Of a stretch of DNA of 64,000 nt, positions 56,854 to 64,000 are shown piece by piece. Positions within the stretch are counted from its first letter, which is position 1. Every line of letters starts with the position of its first letter. Made by a program: the position numbers and the translations under genes. Origin of the DNA: Candidatus Woesearchaeota archaeon (lineage in GTDB: Archaea > Nanobdellota > Nanobdellia > Pacearchaeales > GW2011-AR1); the NCBI GenBank assembly GCA_964385425.1, contig CAYLOQ010000002.1, positions 12,714-76,713 of the forward strand, written 5' to 3'. The notes under the pieces are model-generated. The model had not been told where the DNA came from. It saw nothing but the letters and a program-made list of their open reading frames with translations, and did not search any database.

Positions 56854-58671
56854 TTAAAGAACAATCTCAAAATCTCCGATCTCTTTTTTGACGAGATCAA
56901 AAACCTTAGGATTTATTTCTATGCTTTTATCTGATTTTTGTTGTTCCATACACCCAGAAACCTCTTTCATGTTTGAATCCTCGACATTTTCTGTTAACTT
57001 TTTGATTTTCCCTTCTTCCTCGAACAAGAAGCTAACTCCACCACAGTGCAATAATTCGGCAACCATATTTTTTCCGGACTTTTTATACTTGAGCCTCATC
57101 CTACCTTTTTCCAGAGACACTAGATCTTTTCTTTGGGAATAATCTATTAAATCATTAATCAATACTGTTGCACTTTTTCTTGCTTCATCGACTTTGTGAG
57201 CATTTAATTTACCTTTTTTAAACTCTGCCCTTGCACTAACAACCTCCCGTAGAATTCTAAGATGCTGTTGAGTAAACTTTCCTTTCTTGACCATTTCTTT
57301 CTCAAATTCAGAAATAAGTGTTGCCTGAGCTTTCTTACCAAGTATCGCTTCTAGCAGACTGAAAACATCCTTGTGAATTTGTTCTATTGTTTTTCCCTGC
57401 GCCTTTTTCTCAATTTGTTTCCTCAATTCCTTTAATCTCTTCAGGTAATCCTCCATACCTTTAACAAGCTTATCCAGCTCTGCGCCTTTTATTTCTTTTA
57501 ATTTTTCGTGTTCATAATCTTTATAGATTCCTACAATTTTTCCTAGAATATCGACATACCTTTTTTCTAACATTTTTTCTTTATCCACAAAGATTTTTTT
57601 TGTTTCAGAGGCAAGATGTTTTGGAACAGGGGGAGGAAGTCCTTGCAGCATAAATAAAGCCTGTGTTGGGACTGTAACACCCCAATAAACATCACGGATT
57701 ACAAGGTCTAGTAATGTTTTTTTAACCATACTACTCGTCTTGTCTCCCATAGACATGAACATATCAATCGCTTCCGGACTTGGTTTTAGCTTACCCATTT
57801 TTAAAAGAGCTTTCCACGGCATGAATGTTCCCTTGTCATAAAGAGGGATCCCGTCCCTGATAAAAGTGAACATGACAGGGTGAGCATCTTTGACAGATTG
57901 CCAGAAATCAGTCAAAAGGTAGATTTGCGGCTCTAACCTGTTCTTAACCCTTGCAAGAGCAGTTGCCTCTGAAATCTGCTTATAGATCATTCCCCTCAGT
58001 CTTTCCAGCAATTCAAGACGAGGCATTCTCTTTACATCTGTATCATTGATAATCACGAAAACATCGACATCAGAATCTTTTATCGATTCCCCCCTTACTA
58101 GGCCACCCCCTATAACATAAGAAACAACATATCTATCAAACTTCTGCAAAACTAGAGACTTGTGAATTTGGGCAACCCTCAATGCTCCTAAGATTCCTGT
58201 ATCGTGGAGGGGGAAAGACATAGATATGGACTCCACCAGATCAAACTTACTATCCAAGGAAGCTTCCCAGATATCTACAGGGGTTTTAACATGTAGCCAG
58301 ATTTTTTGCTTCATGGCCTCTATTTGTTTGACTATTTCTTGTTTTATCCTTGGGATCTCTTTGAAATTTTCTTCAGGAACAACAATATAGAGGTGTACAA
58401 ATTTCTCGGTCTCTTTTGGGGCTTCTTCTTCCCGGATAAAGATTCCTATAGACTGCGGAGGAAGAATTCCTATTGCCTGTGTAAAAGGGTATTTCTTGAC
58501 GATAAAAGCCTTTAATTTTTCCAATTCTTTCTTGGTTTTCTCCATCTCTTTCTGAATTTTCTCTGTATTTTCAGCAATAACAGGTTTCTTGGTAGAGTAC
58601 TTCATATCAAGTTCCATTCCAGGAATGCCCTGTATTTCTTGATCTGTTGTTGTTTTGTTGTCCGATTCCAT
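56854..58671 (-). CDS. Pol-beta-superfamily nucleotidyltransferase domain protein (605 aa); CCA-adding-enzyme-like core with extensions
   Basis: VIGGGLVRGESIKDSDVDVFVIIND resembles GS-x9-13-DxD NTase motif of class I CCA enzymes and CD-NTases. Confidence 0.5.
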   Translation of the reverse strand: MESDNKTTTDQEIQGIPGMELDMKYSTKKPVIAENTEKIQKEMEKTKKELEKLKAFIVKKYPFTQAIGILPPQSIGIFIREEEAPKETEKFVHLYIVVPEENFKEIPRIKQEIVKQIEAMKQKIWLHVKTPVDIWEASLDSKFDLVESISMSFPLHDTGILGALRVAQIHKSLVLQKFDRYVVSYVIGGGLVRGESIKDSDVDVFVIINDTDVKRMPRLELLERLRGMIYKQISEATALARVKNRLEPQIYLLTDFWQSVKDAHPVMFTFIRDGIPLYDKGTFMPWKALLKMGKLKPSPEAIDMFMSMGDKTSSMVKKTLLDLVIRDVYWGVTVPTQALFMLQGLPPPVPKHLASETKKIFVDKEKMLEKRYVDILGKIVGIYKDYEHEKLKEIKGAELDKLVKGMEDYLKRLKELRKQIEKKAQGKTIEQIHKDVFSLLEAILGKKAQATLISEFEKEMVKKGKFTQQHLRILREVVSARAEFKKGKLNAHKVDEARKSATVLINDLIDYSQRKDLVSLEKGRMRLKYKKSGKNMVAELLHCGGVSFLFEEEGKIKKLTENVEDSNMKEVSGCMEQQKSDKSIEINPKVFDLVKKEIGDFEIVL

Positions 58672-58770
58672 GGTAATTTATTATTTTTTTTACTTATAAA
58701 GGTTTTTGTGTGTTTATTGTCCTTGAACTCCAGAACGTAAAACATCCGGATGATTTAATGGGCTTCAGGT

Positions 58771-60855
58771 TTAATCTAAATCTTCAAAAAGTCCCCCCAC
58801 ACTGGGCTCATCCTCAACCTTTGCCGGAGGCCCTGCCGCGAGTCTTTTTTGTTTTAAGGCGCGGTTTTTTAAATGTTTATTAAAGAGAGATTTAGATCCA
58901 AAAAACAAGGGAAAACTAGAAATAAGACCCCCTAGACTTACCCAATATAAATTATTAATAGGGTCACCATCAAAAGCATAATAAATCGCTGCACCAGCAC
59001 TTCCTAAAGCCACTGGAGCCCAAGACCTAAAAGCATAATTCCTAGCTCTTTCGGCTATATGTCTCTTTTCCTCCCTATCCAACATAACATCTCCCTCTCT
59101 CGCTTTCTCTTCCAAACTAGCAGAGCTCTCTGGTTGTTCTTCTAGAGCTTCTGTTCTAAGTCTTCCATAAAAAGGACTAATCCGATTATACCAAGGACCA
59201 CTTCCACGAATATTCAAAAGTCCCTTCTGATTAACTTTTCCTCTACCAGCATAATTAACAAGACCTATTTGTTTACTTATCTCGTCTTCCGATCCCGGTT
59301 TTTTCTTCCCCAACCCTATTTTTCCTGCCACATTAAAAAAACTATACCACTGATCTCCACCCACTTCTCTAGCGTAATTTACTAGGTTACCTATAGACCA
59401 CTGATCTCCACCCACTTCTCTAGCGTAATTTACTAGATTAAACCCAGACCATTGATCTTTGCCAACTTCTCTTGCAACATTCATTAGATTAAATACTGCC
59501 CCTTGAGCTCCGCCAACTTCTCTTGCATAATTTCCTAGATTAATCAGTGATGTCTGGCCTTTACCTACTTCTCTTGCAACATTCATTAGATTCAATCCTA
59601 CCAATTGATTCCCGCCTACTTCTCTTGCAACATTTCCTAGATTCAATCCTACCAATTGATTCCCGCCTACTTCTCTTGCAACACTTATAAAATGATTAGT
59701 ATGATCTTTCCCCTTTGGATTGTAAATTGCCTTTGCTCTTGCCGCAATTACTTTTCCTCCACTTCCAACTTCTTGAACTGCTGTGATCTCTGGTTCTTCT
59801 CTTCTTTGTGGTGTCTGTGCCCTAATGGGATTCCCTCCAAGAATAGCTTCAAGTTCTGCTCTTGTCTGGGGAACTCTTTCAACTTTATATCCAAGATCAT
59901 TTGTCATCTCTAAAGCACTCTGATACCTATCCCCTCTTTCTCTTGCTGTTGCTTTTTCAATAACCCTTAAAAAATCATCAGAGACGGGAAAAGCCCCTTC
60001 TGCCCTTAAACCTTCCAAGTTCAATGCTCCAAGCCATGTATCGTGAAATCTGTCAAGATCTTTTGTCACCATTGCACCAATAATTCTTCCTAAAGAATAA
60101 ATGTCTGCAGTTTGATCTGCCTCACCATGACCCCATATTTCAGGAGAATTAAATCCAGGGGTTCCAAGAACACTTCCTGTAAAATAAGTAGCCACTCCTT
60201 CTTTGGCTTCAGAAAAATCTACAAGTGTGTATGGCCATGGTGCATCTTCTGGCATTGGAAAAATATTCTCTAGTTTTAAATCTCTATAAATAATTAATCT
60301 ACCATTTCCAGTATGTATGTGTTCGAGAATAGATCCTATAGAAAGCCCTGCTTCTCTGGCCTTTTTCTCAGAAAATGGCCCCTCTCTCTGAAGCTGTTTT
60401 CCAAGGTGGTTTCCTTTTATTAATTTCATCACAAGGTAAGGAACTTGTTCCCCCTCTTCTTCCTGGATAAAAGAACCATATGTATCAACTATTCCTGGAT
60501 GACCTCTTGATAATTTTCCTAATGAACGAGCATCACTTCTAAATGCTGTTTCTGCTTTCCTCATCTGTTCATCATTTTCAGCATCTCCAGGAGCAGGAAT
60601 AGCGTGAAAATGCCTTTTCAGTGCAACAACTCTTCCTGTTTCTGTATCATAAGCACTCTTTATCAATGAGTGTCCTCCTTTCCGAAAAACAGTTCTATCA
60701 ACAAATCTAGAAGGATCCATGTCTTCTTGGAAAGTAAGATACTCCAAGTCAACCTGTGTTGTAGGAACAATTCTAGAATTTGGTTGGCCTGAACCTGAAA
60801 TCATGGAACCATCAAATGAAAAGTATAATGGACCATTATTATTTAGAATCGTCAT
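58771..60855 (-). CDS. Ser/Thr protein kinase with C-terminal 17-aa tandem repeats and TM segment
   Basis: VALKR (VAIK-like), YRDLKLENIF, DFS, TPGFNSPE; eight or more NxxNxAREVGGxQ repeats; hydrophobic C-terminal segment. Confidence 0.75.
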   Translation of the reverse strand: MTILNNNGPLYFSFDGSMISGSGQPNSRIVPTTQVDLEYLTFQEDMDPSRFVDRTVFRKGGHSLIKSAYDTETGRVVALKRHFHAIPAPGDAENDEQMRKAETAFRSDARSLGKLSRGHPGIVDTYGSFIQEEEGEQVPYLVMKLIKGNHLGKQLQREGPFSEKKAREAGLSIGSILEHIHTGNGRLIIYRDLKLENIFPMPEDAPWPYTLVDFSEAKEGVATYFTGSVLGTPGFNSPEIWGHGEADQTADIYSLGRIIGAMVTKDLDRFHDTWLGALNLEGLRAEGAFPVSDDFLRVIEKATARERGDRYQSALEMTNDLGYKVERVPQTRAELEAILGGNPIRAQTPQRREEPEITAVQEVGSGGKVIAARAKAIYNPKGKDHTNHFISVAREVGGNQLVGLNLGNVAREVGGNQLVGLNLMNVAREVGKGQTSLINLGNYAREVGGAQGAVFNLMNVAREVGKDQWSGFNLVNYAREVGGDQWSIGNLVNYAREVGGDQWYSFFNVAGKIGLGKKKPGSEDEISKQIGLVNYAGRGKVNQKGLLNIRGSGPWYNRISPFYGRLRTEALEEQPESSASLEEKAREGDVMLDREEKRHIAERARNYAFRSWAPVALGSAGAAIYYAFDGDPINNLYWVSLGGLISSFPLFFGSKSLFNKHLKNRALKQKRLAAGPPAKVEDEPSVGGLFEDLD
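59290..59700. repeat. 51-nt tandem coding repeats inside the kinase gene (two units 100% identical at 59347-59385 and 59398-59436)
   Basis: CCACTGATCTCCACCCACTTCTCTAGCGTAATTTACTAG repeated exactly; degenerate copies on both sides. Confidence 0.8.
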
Positions 60856-61073
60856 TTCCCTTCCTCCTCTTGATTTTCCTTAAGCATCTTATTCACACTA
60901 AATTCAATAACATGAGACCTATTCCTAAAAAATCCTTCTTGTAGAGATTCTTCTATCAGTTTCAATGTTTTCTCATCAATGGTTATGCTGACTTTCTGTT
61001 TCATTCCAATTATCCTACCCCGTAATATAAAAACAGATAAAATCCGATATATAAATCTTTCGTTTGTTATCAT
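60852..61073 (-). CDS. ribbon-helix-helix (CopG-like) protein
   Basis: KVSITIDEKTLKLIEE...SHVIEFSV; likely starts at internal MKQKV. Confidence 0.4.
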   Translation of the reverse strand: MITNERFIYRILSVFILRGRIIGMKQKVSITIDEKTLKLIEESLQEGFFRNRSHVIEFSVNKMLKENQEEEGK

Positions 61074-61133
61074 TTTAAAGAGGTAATGATATAAAGCTTA
61101 TTAAGAAATTGTAATAGAAAAAACCCCTTTTTA

Positions 61134-61406
61134 TTAAAACCTCTTTTTGTAGATCTTGTCGTGGTGATCAAAATCTTCAAATAAAATTAAGTTTTTATTT
61201 TTCTCAAATTTAAAAACTAAAACTTTTTCCCCAATCTGTACCCTCTTAAAATCTTTTAAATCATGCCTTAGATTCTTATAATGTTCACAATTAGAATTAA
61301 TAATCTCGATGATTTTCTTGATAATCCTCTCACGTGTTTTAGGATCTTTCTTAAAGAGCTTTGTCATGATGCTTTGGAGATGCGGTTGTATCTCATATTG
61401 ATACAT
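61134..61406 (-). CDS. RelE/ParE-superfamily toxin-like protein
   Basis: 90 aa; beta-strand-rich C-terminus (KVLVFKFEKNKNLILFEDFDHH) typical of RelE-like mRNA interferases. Confidence 0.5.
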   Translation of the reverse strand: MYQYEIQPHLQSIMTKLFKKDPKTRERIIKKIIEIINSNCEHYKNLRHDLKDFKRVQIGEKVLVFKFEKNKNLILFEDFDHHDKIYKKRF

Positions 61407-61407
61407 A

Positions 61408-61644
61408 TTACTCCCCTGTTAACTTTCTTAACTCTTCTATGCTTTTGAAAGGAATACCTTTTTGTTTATCAATTTTCATTAATTTCTTTGTATATTCAGG
61501 CCTGAGTTCAGGTTCTAAACTTTGTTCATATTCTTGGATAAGAAAAATCAAAGCTTGATCTCTATTTTTGAATCCATACTTACCCTTAACTATGTTCAAG
61601 ATTCTATTTTCTCTTTCCGGAAGTTCTATTGTTGCTTTTACCAT
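61408..61644 (-). CDS. putative cognate antitoxin (78 aa)
   Basis: Immediately upstream of the RelE-like gene with 1-nt spacing. Confidence 0.4.
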   Translation of the reverse strand: MVKATIELPERENRILNIVKGKYGFKNRDQALIFLIQEYEQSLEPELRPEYTKKLMKIDKQKGIPFKSIEELRKLTGE

Positions 61645-61730
61645 TTTACTATGTTTTATGGTGTTTTATAGTATTTATAAAACTTACTGAAACAGAAACC
61701 TTTTTAATAAAAAGAACGTAATATTTTTAT

Positions 61731-61866
61731 GGTCCTATAGTCCAGTGGTTAAGACACCTCGTTTACACGCAGAAGAACCAAGTTTCTTCCGTACCATCTC
61801 CTTTTCGTGGAGAAGCGGAAACTGCTAAAAGCCGAGGAAACAGCAGTTCGATTCTGCTTAGGACCA
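61731..61866 (+). tRNA. tRNA-Val (anticodon TAC) with about 64-nt intron at canonical 37/38 position
   Basis: Acceptor GGTCCTA/TAGGACC, anticodon stem CCTCG/CGAGG, loop TTTACA|intron|C, T-arm AGCAG-TTCGATT-CTGCT. Confidence 0.75.
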
Positions 61867-61915
61867 TCACCTTTTAAGTTTAACGCTCACTTTAACACAA
61901 GGAGGGTATTATAAA

Positions 61916-62533
61916 TTAGGGGCCCTTATTCTTTTTAAGATTGAGCTCAAATAGAATCTTTCTACAGCTTGTTCTTACACCTGTATGGCAAATTGCCAAT
62001 CTTGACACCTCAAATTCCAAGGGAAGACCCTTAAAATCTGTTTCGTGCACCAGAAGAGTTATATGTGGGTCATAATTCTCTCTGCTTCTTTCTTTAAACA
62101 TTGGAATTCCTCTCGAAATCGTGGTTACATCTTCTTCCTCTTTTCTGAAATACATTTTGGGCGTAGGTTCATAAGATAAGAATTTTTCTACATGATCCAT
62201 TATGGATTCATGTAGCTTTTGCAATCTTTCATTTTTGGTAATTGAAAACCAATAAGTTTTTTTTCCTTCCGAGGATTCAAAATATTTCAAGTCGGTAAGT
62301 TCAATTTTTATGGGACTGAAATCTTTAGATAAGTTTGAAATTAACCTTTCAATTTCCTCAACATTGGTTTCATCAGTACAGCCCATTGAAAGAGAAAGAT
62401 GGGGTATAAAATCGCTCTCGCTCATTAGATGCTCGGCTTGGCCTTTCTTATCCGCATTTCTTACTATTCCTTCTATTTTTGAAACAATATTTTTTGGAGG
62501 AATTAGTACAATATCTATTGCAATCTTTGCCAT
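61916..62533 (-). CDS. 2H phosphoesterase superfamily protein (LigT-like 2'-5' RNA ligase / cyclic phosphodiesterase)
   Basis: Two H-x-T/S-x motifs (HLSL and HITL) about 115 aa apart in a 205-aa protein. Confidence 0.6.
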   Translation of the reverse strand: MAKIAIDIVLIPPKNIVSKIEGIVRNADKKGQAEHLMSESDFIPHLSLSMGCTDETNVEEIERLISNLSKDFSPIKIELTDLKYFESSEGKKTYWFSITKNERLQKLHESIMDHVEKFLSYEPTPKMYFRKEEEDVTTISRGIPMFKERSRENYDPHITLLVHETDFKGLPLEFEVSRLAICHTGVRTSCRKILFELNLKKNKGP

Positions 62534-62722
62534 TTTATGTGTTTAAAATAAGTAAGTGTGACTTATAATATTTCGGATTCTCTGTAACATCCGCACCGAA
62601 TTGTGAGTTCCAAGCTAAACTAGAGTTAGGATGTTTAGTATAAAATATCCCCTAATATAAAACTTTAAATAAAATTAATCCTTCATGTTCAATAAATTAA
62701 CGAAAAGGTAGGTTTTAGCTAC

Positions 62723-62833
62723 CCGCGTTTACACGCAGAAGAACCAAGTTTCTTCCGTACCATCTCCTTTTCGTGGAGAAGCGGAAACTGCTAAAAGCCG
62801 AGGAAACAGCAGTTCGATTCTGCTTGGGACCAT
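62723..62833 (+). repeat. duplicated 3' portion (part of anticodon stem, intron, 3' exon) of tRNA-Val, about 98% identical to 61756-61866; no 5' half
   Basis: 111-nt direct repeat with 2 mismatches (cctcg to ccgcg; tagg to tggg); the upstream 17 nt do not encode a D-arm or acceptor 5' strand. Confidence 0.75.
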
Positions 62834-62879
62834 AGCCTTCTAATAGGTTTTAAAAATTAACATTTCTACTATACTATGG

Positions 62880-63012
62880 GCGTGAGTAGTATAGTGGTTA
62901 GTATATTTCGTTGCCAATGCCCAACTTTAGAAAAGTTCGGCGCTCAAATAAGACGATCAAATAAGAGCAAAGCGAAAACGAAGTGACCCGGGTTCGACTC
63001 CCGGCTCGCGCA
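62880..63012 (+). tRNA. tRNA-Gly (anticodon GCC) with about 60-nt intron at 37/38
   Basis: Acceptor GCGTGAG/CTCGCGC, anticodon stem TTTCG/CGAAG, loop TTGCCA|intron, T-arm CCGGG-TTCGACT-CCCGG, discriminator A. Confidence 0.7.
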
Positions 63013-63021
63013 TAATTTAGC

Positions 63022-63474
63022 ATGAAAAAACAAAAAACATTTTTCATTGTTCTTATAATTCTTATGATTGTTTTATTAATTTTTTTAATCCAAAATAATT
63101 TAGGGGGGACCCCTGAGGTCTGCCTTGAAGAAAATTGTTTTCTTGTTGAGCTGGCAAAAACTAACGATGAAAAATCAAAAGGGCTTATGTTTCGTGAGTT
63201 TTTGGAAGACAATCAAGGAATGTTGTTTATATATAATCTTGATGGAGAATATAATTTCTGGATGAAAAACACATTAATACCATTAGATATAATCTGGATT
63301 AATGCAGAAAGAGAAATCGTACATATCGAACACAAAGCTCAACCGTGTGATGAGCAGTGTGAAATCATAAAACCAGAAAAAAATGCTCGTTTTGTTTTAG
63401 AGATCAATGGAGGACTTGCAGAGAAGCTAGGAATAAAATTAGGGAATAAAATTGATTTTTATAATATCCTTTAA
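63022..63474 (+). CDS. DUF192-family protein (secreted/anchored)
   Basis: N-terminal TM; GMLFIYN...FWMKNTLIPLDIIWI...VLEINGG pattern of DUF192/COG1430. Confidence 0.55.
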   Translation: MKKQKTFFIVLIILMIVLLIFLIQNNLGGTPEVCLEENCFLVELAKTNDEKSKGLMFREFLEDNQGMLFIYNLDGEYNFWMKNTLIPLDIIWINAEREIVHIEHKAQPCDEQCEIIKPEKNARFVLEINGGLAEKLGIKLGNKIDFYNIL

Positions 63475-63632
63475 TAAATACGCCTGGAACAAAATTACTG
63501 TGTGGATTTTGCGCTCGTGATGAAATCACGCCCTGACCATGCGTTAAGTAGAAATGAGAACGCCTTGTTTATTATATGGATAAATTAAGAAGTTGAAATT
63601 TTTATATTTTTCTGAAAAGTCCCATTAGAGAA

Positions 63633-63944
63633 TTATCTTTCTTCAGAACCAAAAGCTAATTTTTCTATTCTTGTTCTTTCTATCAACCCATCGTATTGAT
63701 CAGGAAAATTAGTTTCAAGATACTGATTTAAAGGAATATAAAGTCCGGGAGTTTCTGAATTTTCTAAAAAGAGGAAATCTGTACCATGTTCATAAATTCT
63801 TATAATTGGAGGTAGACTATCTCTTTCAAAAATTTTTAGTTGGTTAACATTTGATGTTGCTTCGCTTCTAAGATGGATAAGACCAGCCACTCCCAGCGAT
63901 CCACAAGCAAATCCCATTATTAATCCACTATTAAAACTATTCAT
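63633..63944 (-). CDS. hypothetical protein (103 aa)
   Basis: ORF only; N-terminal hydrophobic segment. Confidence 0.3.
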   Translation of the reverse strand: MNSFNSGLIMGFACGSLGVAGLIHLRSEATSNVNQLKIFERDSLPPIIRIYEHGTDFLFLENSETPGLYIPLNQYLETNFPDQYDGLIERTRIEKLAFGSEER

Positions 63945-64000
63945 ATTCCCCCCACAATTTAGTCCTTTTTAAACATTTCTGTGATAGAAAACGCCCACGC

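Noticed and set aside
62898-63212. ORF 62898..63212(-) 104 aa
   Set aside because: Overlaps tRNA-Gly and DUF192 gene start on the opposite strand; spurious.
1-64000. CRISPR arrays and rRNA genes
   Set aside because: No regularly spaced 25-40-nt direct repeats with unique spacers and no rRNA-like conserved blocks were seen. The only tandem repeats are coding (kinase) or the short G-rich modules.

Overview
Overall: an AT-rich (about 25-35% GC by hand count) archaeal chromosome segment, probably from a small-genome DPANN-like lineage. The archaeal assignment rests on r-proteins L10e, L35Ae, S24e and S27ae, the Rpo7-Spt4 pair, a eukaryote/archaeal-type GluRS core, intron-containing tRNAs at the canonical 37/38 site, and an archaeal class III signal-peptide pilin-like gene. 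Several bacterial-type genes are mixed in (NrdR, Lhr-MPE, lipobox proteins).

Contents by position:
- 0-4.9 kb: B12-related nucleotide cluster (CobO 5' end, MazG-like NTP pyrophosphohydrolase, NrdR repressor directly upstream of class II NrdJ), then a VKOR/DoxX/cupredoxin membrane trio.
- 5.1-9.4 kb: a free-standing HTH-LAGLIDADG endonuclease overlapping the start of an Lhr-type helicase, followed by a metallophosphoesterase.
- 9.7-17.7 kb: tRNA-Trp, housekeeping genes (Rpo7/Spt4/S24e/S27ae operon, ScpA, diphthine-ammonia ligase), tRNA-Leu(TAA) with a GC-rich leader/trailer helix.
- 17.5-23.9 kb: G-rich intergenic repeat modules, a 1101-aa K/E-rich orphan protein and a SEC-C/PD-(D/E)xK-like protein.
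- 24-35.5 kb: a cell-surface cluster of Cys-rich repeat proteins, a lipase fusion, LamG, acidic adhesin-like proteins and a 1458-aa beta-helix giant.
- 36-45.6 kb: HisRS next to tRNA-His, pilin-like gene, IS6-family transposase, THUMP methyltransferase, a short GluRS-like core, kinase/phosphatase genes, ABC exporter.
- 45.8-55.0 kb: a compositionally distinct block (about 40-50% GC, R/G/P-rich proteins) with orphan proteins, a P-loop ATPase, a TIM-barrel-like protein with a large insertion, DUF4258/DUF2283 and MNT toxin-antitoxin genes, and lipobox-protein paralogs.
- 55-61.6 kb: r-proteins L10e/L35Ae, a Ser/Thr kinase carrying near-identical 51-nt tandem repeats, RelE/RHH modules.
- 61.7-63.0 kb: tRNA-Val(TAC) with intron, whose 3' ~110 nt is duplicated 860 bp downstream flanking a LigT-like 2H phosphoesterase; tRNA-Gly(GCC) with intron.

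No CRISPR array and no rRNA gene were seen. The candidate novel items are the tRNA 3'-portion duplication around ligT, the dispersed G-rich intergenic modules, the LAGLIDADG-Lhr-MPE operon, the 45.8-55 kb island, and the 1101-aa / SEC-C protein pair.
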